A DNA stretch of 64,000 bases, taken from positions 245,584,001 through 245,648,000 of the forward strand of contig NC_086097.1 in assembly GCF_963921235.1 (NCBI RefSeq), read 5' to 3'. The notes beneath the pieces were generated by a model. The model searched no databases. It was given only the letters and a program-made list of their open reading frames with translations, and was not told the origin of the DNA. The DNA comes from Mobula hypostoma. Lineage: Eukaryota. The position numbers and the translations under genes are program-made. Shown one piece after another: positions 61,311 to 64,000 of the stretch; position 1 is the first letter of the stretch, and the number at the start of each line of letters is the position of its first letter.

Positions 61311-62246
61311 CGCTGTACAACAACAATTTTGTTTCCTAAATATTTTTGGGAGTACCTTATGGATCTTGGGCTGCGGATCATGAAAATCACCATGAAATTT
61401 CCCTATCACGCTCCTTTTTTTAAAAAATTGCCCAAGTTTTTTATTTCAATGCATAATTTAAGTCAATTAAAATGTTGCCCACAATGTAAGCTGAACAGTT
61501 CTCTACCTTGTCCAGGCGTGCCTTGGCTTGCAAGGTGGATGCTGCATGGCAGAACAAAAGCCATTAAATTTCCATGAAAGATTTTGATATTTGAGGCAGA
61601 TGTTTCCCATTTTTTGGCCTTTTGTTGGTCCACAAATCAAACACATCATTAATGACAGGCAATTTGAAGAACTTCTACTGGAACTGGAGAAAATCGCATG
61701 GAAGGCGTTCGAGGGTGCTGTTGAAAATTTTCTTGGCAACTGCAGAGCACACCAAACTACGTGCAGCTGGTTGACAACATGCTTCAAGCAGACAGAAGCA
61801 TGAAGTGCAACATGTCACTAAAGATTCATTTTCTGCATTCCCATTTAGACTTCTTCTTGAAAATCATGGAAGCTATCAGTGCCGAGCATGGTGAAAGGTT
61901 TCACTAGGGCATTGAGGTCATGGAGAAATGGTATTTGGGCAACTGGAGCCCATCAATGCTGGCTGATTATTGTTGGACACTTAAGTGAGAAGCTTCAGAT
62001 ACTGAGTACAAATGAAAATCATCATCAAAACATTTGTAGCTTATGGAACTAGTGCAAAGCATCAGCACCATTAAGCAATTATATTGTATTACATTGTATT
62101 CAATAAAGGTTAATTTCTTGTTTCTCCAAATTCCTACATGATGCAAGTAGTCTGAAATTATATTTGTGTTCAGCTTCTAGCGGTCTATCATAAACAAAAA
62201 CAATTTTGAGGAAGCAACACTTTTGGAAAAAAATTGTTGTCAAGTG
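61311..62246 (+). mobile_element. Chapaev3 (CMC) DNA transposon, internally deleted
   Basis: Frameshifted transposase C-terminus FVGPQIK...AW..F...VENFLGN...MKCNMSLKIHFLHSHLDFF...EHGERFH...ME....G.W...MLADYCWTL. TIR-like ends cgctgtacaacaacaatttt and aaaattgttgtcaagtg. TTA TSD at 61308-61310 and 62247-62249. Confidence 0.8.
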
Positions 62247-63507
62247 TTATCTTTGCTGACATATATCATGAAATTTGTTGTTTTGTTGGCAGTAGTGCGT
62301 TGCAATACATAATTATAAAAACTGTGAATTACAATAAATATGTATATATAGATTTAAAAAAGTTAAATTCATTTAGTGCAAAAAGCAGTAGTGAGGTGGT
62401 GTTCATGAGTTCAATGTCCATTCGGAAATCTGATGGTGAAGGGGAAGAAGCTGTTCCTGAATCATTGAGTGTGTGCCTTCAAGCTTCTGTACCTCCTCCT
62501 TGATGACAGCAATGAGAAGAGCAATGATGACAGCATGTGACAGCGGCCACACCCCGATGGGTACACTGCTACAATAGGTGGGTTAAATCGGGTGAGGGTA
62601 GCTGACAGGTCTCGCAGCCTAGTGAGATAGGGACATATCTATCCTCGCATGCGAGGTTAGCTCCAGCAGACTGGGCAGATCAGATCTACAGTGGGAAGCA
62701 AAGGCAGTTCTGCAACACTCTGCAGAGAGCGAAGGACACAGAAGACATCATGGTCATCCATTGCAACAAAGGAAGATCCCAGCTTGTGAGGCTTGTTCGT
62801 ACCACTAGACAGACTTCTGAGGTCAAGAGAGTGAAACAACCACAGAACAAAGGCTTTTCGCTTTAAACACTTTCTCCCGCACAGGTTTCCTGTCATTGTT
62901 GGACACGATAAACAACCACCAGATTATGTTGTGCTACGGTATATTCCACAGAACTATGATCTAGTGCAGGACTCTCGTTGTTTGTCACACACCTGGTTGC
63001 ACGAATTGTCACTAAGCTGACTAAGCTGCTTTTGGGTGTGGACCAGATCCCAGCAATGAATGAAGCTTTCAAGCTGACTTCAGCAGGGATTGCAGTACCA
63101 TTGCTGAGGTCCTGTGCTTTTAGACCAGAAGACATAGGAATAGAACTAGGCCATTCATTCGGGCCAAATACATGGCTGATTTATTTTTCATTTCAATGCT
63201 ACCACATAGTTCTCTGCCACCGGGTTTGATATATATTCTCCTTCAAACATTGGGCTGCTAAACCAGAGGGGATAAATTCACTCAGCTCAAGACCGAACTG
63301 ATTCCACAGCCTATAGACTCACAATCAAGGACTCTACAACTCATGTTCTCGGTATTATTTATTTACTTATTTTGTATTTGTACAGTTTCTCTTCTTTTGC
63401 AAATTGTTTTCTTGCTAATGTTTGTTTATGTGAAGTGTTTCATTGATTATGTTGTATTTCTTTGTTCTGCTGTGAATACCTGCAAAAAAAAGAATCTCAA
63501 GGTAGTA

Positions 63508-64000
63508 TAGAACATTAGAAAGTTTTTGACAAGAGCAGGCCATTCGGCCTAACAAAGCTTGCCAAATTCCTATTCACATAACGTGTTGAAATAACTATCG
63601 AGTTTAAATTTGAAAGTCTCTAAAGCTATTACTTTCTGCTAAACAACTAGGTAGTTTGTTCCATGTGTCCACAACTCGTTGTGCAAGGAAATGCTTCCTG
63701 ATGTTATTCTGAAATCTCCCTTTAACCAGTCTCCACCTATGGCCCAGTGTCCTCGTTGATGGATTAATTTTGAAGTGGCAGCTGTCATCTGCATTACTTC
63801 TACCCTTAATGATTTTGAACACTTCTATCACATCTCCTCTCATTCTAAGTCTACCTAGGCTAAATAGATTTAATTCTTTCAGTCTTTCTTCATAGCTCAT
63901 ACCCTGCAGATGTGGAATGAGTCTTGTTGCCCTTCTCTGAACTTTCAACAGTGCCTTCATAGCCCTCACAAAATATAGAGACCATATTTGTACACAGTAC
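63508..64000 (-). mobile_element. CR1 LINE 3' end (continues beyond the window)
   Basis: ORF 63604-63969 VQRRATRLIP...YEERLKELNLFSL..RMRGDVIEVFKI...FLAQRVVDTWNKLP. Confidence 0.9.

Overview
Vertebrate nuclear DNA, most likely from a cartilaginous fish (ray/shark). This is inferred from the repeat landscape: CR1 LINEs dominate, with HE1/V-type tRNA SINEs and SacSINE1-like DeuSINE relics. I can support no host protein-coding exon, rRNA, true tRNA gene or CRISPR array, so the window looks like deep intron or gene desert. All long ORFs are transposon-derived. Retroelements: many 5'-truncated CR1 LINEs (one with ORF1 zinc-finger/SGNH esterase), Rex1/Babar fragments and derivatives, RTE-derived SINEs, an R4/Dong fragment and a solo LTR. 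DNA transposon relics: Tc1, Tigger/pogo, Harbinger MITE, hAT MITEs and Chapaev3. The most interesting signal is a family of about 15 short Penelope-like (PLE) repeat segments. Their consensus CAGTC-CTGANGA-A-GGGT-CTCG-GCCC-GAAAC-GTC-GACTG folds as a minimal type I hammerhead ribozyme, and several copies are tail-to-tail palindromes with 13-14 bp target-site duplications. Short repeat-free islands between the repeats are candidate conserved non-coding enhancers. Repeat boundaries were read by eye and are approximate unless a TSD or TIR is quoted. Family assignments rest on remembered motifs, not database searches.
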